Shown here in pieces: positions 47,599 through 49,330 of a stretch of DNA of 49,330 nt (position 1 is the first letter of the stretch; every line of letters starts with the position of its first letter). The stretch lies in UHGV virus genome UHGV-0139780; one strand, 5' to 3'. The stretch is from a virus. The translations under genes were made by a program, and so were the position numbers. The notes below the pieces were generated by a model that was not told where the DNA came from, did not search any database, and saw only the letters and a program-made list of their open reading frames with translations.

Positions 47599-47853
47599 AT
47601 GAACCACTTTAAGGAAACCAACATGTCATACCCGACTAATGTCGTTGCACTCGTAGAGAGCGATTTTCTGGCTCAGGCTCGTGAAATGATGAAAGATCGC
47701 GAGCAGGCTTTCACCTTGTATGAATGGGCAATTAAGTGCTTGCATCTTGGGGAGCATCGCGAACTTGTTGAACAGCTTTTAGGTGAGTTGATCAATGAGG
47801 TGTTTGCCTTGAATGTTCAACTACATGGTCGAGAAAGCAACCAATCACAATGA
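47599..47853 (+). CDS. hypothetical small protein
   Basis: 84-aa ORF with AAGGAAACCAACATG start context. Confidence 0.3.
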   Translation: MNHFKETNMSYPTNVVALVESDFLAQAREMMKDREQAFTLYEWAIKCLHLGEHRELVEQLLGELINEVFALNVQLHGRESNQSQ

Positions 47854-48382
47854 TAGATAAGTACTAACTATTTATAAAGTGAATGATAAGTGCTAAGATC
47901 TGATAGTTTCCAGTCGTAGACTGGAGGCTCGACCTGATGGGTGGGGGTAAGCGTCACTGGCGTCAGGTTTAAAAAAGCTCACTACCAGCGTAGAACCGGC
48001 ACCGTTTAGGGGTTGGGGAAGGGGGAACCAAAGTGGGCAGAGAGAAGGGTCACTTTATGATTGTCGAGTCTGGGGTGTTTCGAGAGGTTGAATCCAGTAC
48101 TCCCCTTCATAAAGTGTGGGAAGATCTCGGTTCTGGGGTGCTGTCATCCATAACTTCCCAAGCCTAAGCTGGCAGTAGACTTAGGTCATAACTTTTCAGG
48201 TTATGAAACGACCAGGTTGGTGAGGAATTTTTATACTCACCTCCCTGGGAGAGTATTACCTGAAAAGACAACCTCTCACTTCGTTCGAGGTGAACTTCAC
48301 TCACTTCGTTCGTTCAGTTCAGGTTTTATTAAAATCTGTTCTGGGAAGTAAGTTTTTTTTTTTCTAAAAAATTTTTAATATT

Positions 48383-48408
48383 TACACGCACGCGTGTGCG
48401 CACGCGCG
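48383..48408. repeat. 26-nt perfect alternating purine-pyrimidine tract flanked by T/A runs
   Basis: tacacgcacgcgtgtgcgcacgcgcg; preceded by a T13 run and followed by an A8 run. Confidence 0.6.
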
Positions 48409-48448
48409 AGGAAAAAAAATCGGCGCGGCGCTTGATTCAGGAGTTTAT

Positions 48449-48640
48449 ATGACGTCGAAGACACCAGCCCGATCGCAAGCAAAAACTCGCAAAAAAAACA
48501 AAAACAAAAATTCTCCCCACACCAATCCCACAACACCTGTCGTAGGATTCAATCCCCAGCTTAAAACCGTGAAAATCTTCAGTGATGGCTCTTGCCTTAA
48601 AAATCCGGGTGGCCCGGGCGGTTACCCCGGTGCGCCGTAA
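48449..48640 (+). pseudogene. rnhA-like (RNase HI) N-terminal fragment, interrupted by an IS element
   Basis: VKIFSDGSCLKNPGGPGGY matches the recalled RNase HI N-terminus (IFTDGSCLGNPGPGGYG); frame ends right after TTAC at 48622-48625. Confidence 0.5.
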
Positions 48641-48683
48641 AGCCCCGTCCTTCAGGTCGGGGATATAAGGCGCGGTTTTCCAC

Positions 48684-49100
48684 CTAACCAGGTGTTTGCT
48701 GTTGTTCAATGTATTGGCGGATGATGGATATTGGTGCACCACCGCAGCTACTGGCAAAATAGCTGGGACTCCATAAAACGCCTTTGTGGTAATATCGGGC
48801 TGCAATATCTGGTCGATCTCGTCGCAATAATCTACTCGATACGCCCTTGAGACTGTTCACCAGGCTGGATATCGCCAATTTTGGGGGATAGTTAATTAGC
48901 AGGTGAACGTGATCTCGTTCTCCATCCATTTCAACCAGTTCAGCTTCAAAATCAGCACATACACTTGAAAAGTAAGTGCGTAGTTTTTCTATTGCGTCAT
49001 GGTCAAAAATCTGACGTCGGTATTTCGCGACAAAGACAAGGTGAACGTGCATCAGGAAGACGCAGTGCCTTCCACGTCGGATATCAGTTTCTTTTTTCAT
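48684..49100 (-). CDS. tnpA: IS200/IS605 Y1 (HUH) transposase TnpA
   Basis: HVHLVF...KYRR and DHVHLL HUH blocks, C-terminal LWSPSYF...GGAP; start at internal ATG 49100 (MKKETD...). Confidence 0.75.
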   Translation of the reverse strand: MKKETDIRRGRHCVFLMHVHLVFVAKYRRQIFDHDAIEKLRTYFSSVCADFEAELVEMDGERDHVHLLINYPPKLAISSLVNSLKGVSSRLLRRDRPDIAARYYHKGVLWSPSYFASSCGGAPISIIRQYIEQQQTPG

Positions 49101-49122
49101 AGACCAAAGTATAATTTGGCTT

Positions 49123-49330
49123 ATGAAACGACTACAAGCCTTCAAATTCCAGTTAAGACCAAATGGACAGCAGGAGCGTAAAATGAGGCGCTTCGCGGGC
49201 GCATGTCGTTTTGTTTTCAATCGTGCTCTGGCGCTTCAGAATGAGAATCATGAGGCCGGGAACAAATATATTTCTTATGCAAAGATGACTTCCTGGCTGG
49301 TTGAGTGGAAAAATGCCACTGAAACCCAAT
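49123..49330 (+). CDS. tnpB: IS605-family TnpB (OrfB), N-terminal part only
   Basis: MKRLQAFKFQLRPNGQQERKMRRFAGACRFVFNRAL is a typical OrfB N-terminus; no stop before the window end. Confidence 0.6.
   Translation, partial: MKRLQAFKFQLRPNGQQERKMRRFAGACRFVFNRALALQNENHEAGNKYISYAKMTSWLVEWKNATETQ

Larger units (their letters stand above)
48626..49330. mobile_element. IS200/IS605-family insertion sequence (left part; runs past the window end)
   Basis: Divergent tnpA and tnpB; boundary inferred at the TTAC where the rnhA-like frame breaks; GC-rich hairpins at 48640-48670. Confidence 0.6.

Noticed and set aside
47854-48448. Retron or group II intron ncRNA upstream of the rnhA-like gene
   Set aside because: No reverse transcriptase gene is adjacent and I could not identify intron domain V or msr/msd features; left as unexplained rather than named.
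1-49330. First impression of a T5-like lytic phage (tRNAs, nrdAB, thyA, DHFR, FEN)
   Set aside because: ParA/ParG partition genes, an iteron RepA replicon, a toxin-antitoxin pair and a resolvase-type recombinase indicate a plasmid-borne lifestyle; a phage-plasmid fits better.

Overview
This window reads as part of a phage-plasmid (SSU5/pHCM2-like by gene content, not confirmed by search), not an ordinary chromosomal region. Almost all real genes are on the + strand. From left to right: a lysis cassette (membrane protein, endolysin-like hydrolase with C-terminal anchor, overlapping spanin-like pair); a GNAT-toxin/DUF1778-antitoxin pair next to a ParA/ParG-like partition locus; a DnaB-like helicase and primase; four tRNAs (Asn, Tyr, Thr, Ser) flanked by long perfect inverted repeats; glutaredoxin; a tyrosine recombinase with a lox-like site upstream and a convergent XRE regulator; a vWA (CobT-like) plus AAA+ (CobS-like) pair, the latter split by a LAGLIDADG intein; DnaE with a C-terminal degenerate UDG-like tail; gp32-like SSB, flap endonuclease, and a RecA/UvsX-like recombinase carrying a second intein; an SPFH lipoprotein; an iteron replicon (RepA flanked by iteron arrays, with a GATC-rich DnaA-box origin); SbcCD-like nuclease, RuvC-like resolvase; host-like nrdA/nrdB, MazG-like, thyA, DHFR, a P-loop kinase, a DnaQ-like exonuclease, an acidic protein and a Dam-like methyltransferase; and finally an rnhA-like gene interrupted by an IS200/IS605 element (tnpA complete, tnpB truncated by the window edge). 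Most minus-strand ORFs in the track overlap large + strand genes and are treated as spurious, except the toxin-antitoxin pair, XRE regulator, RepA and tnpA. No CRISPR array is present. All calls rest on motif recognition by eye; no database search or folding was run, and many start codons are approximate.
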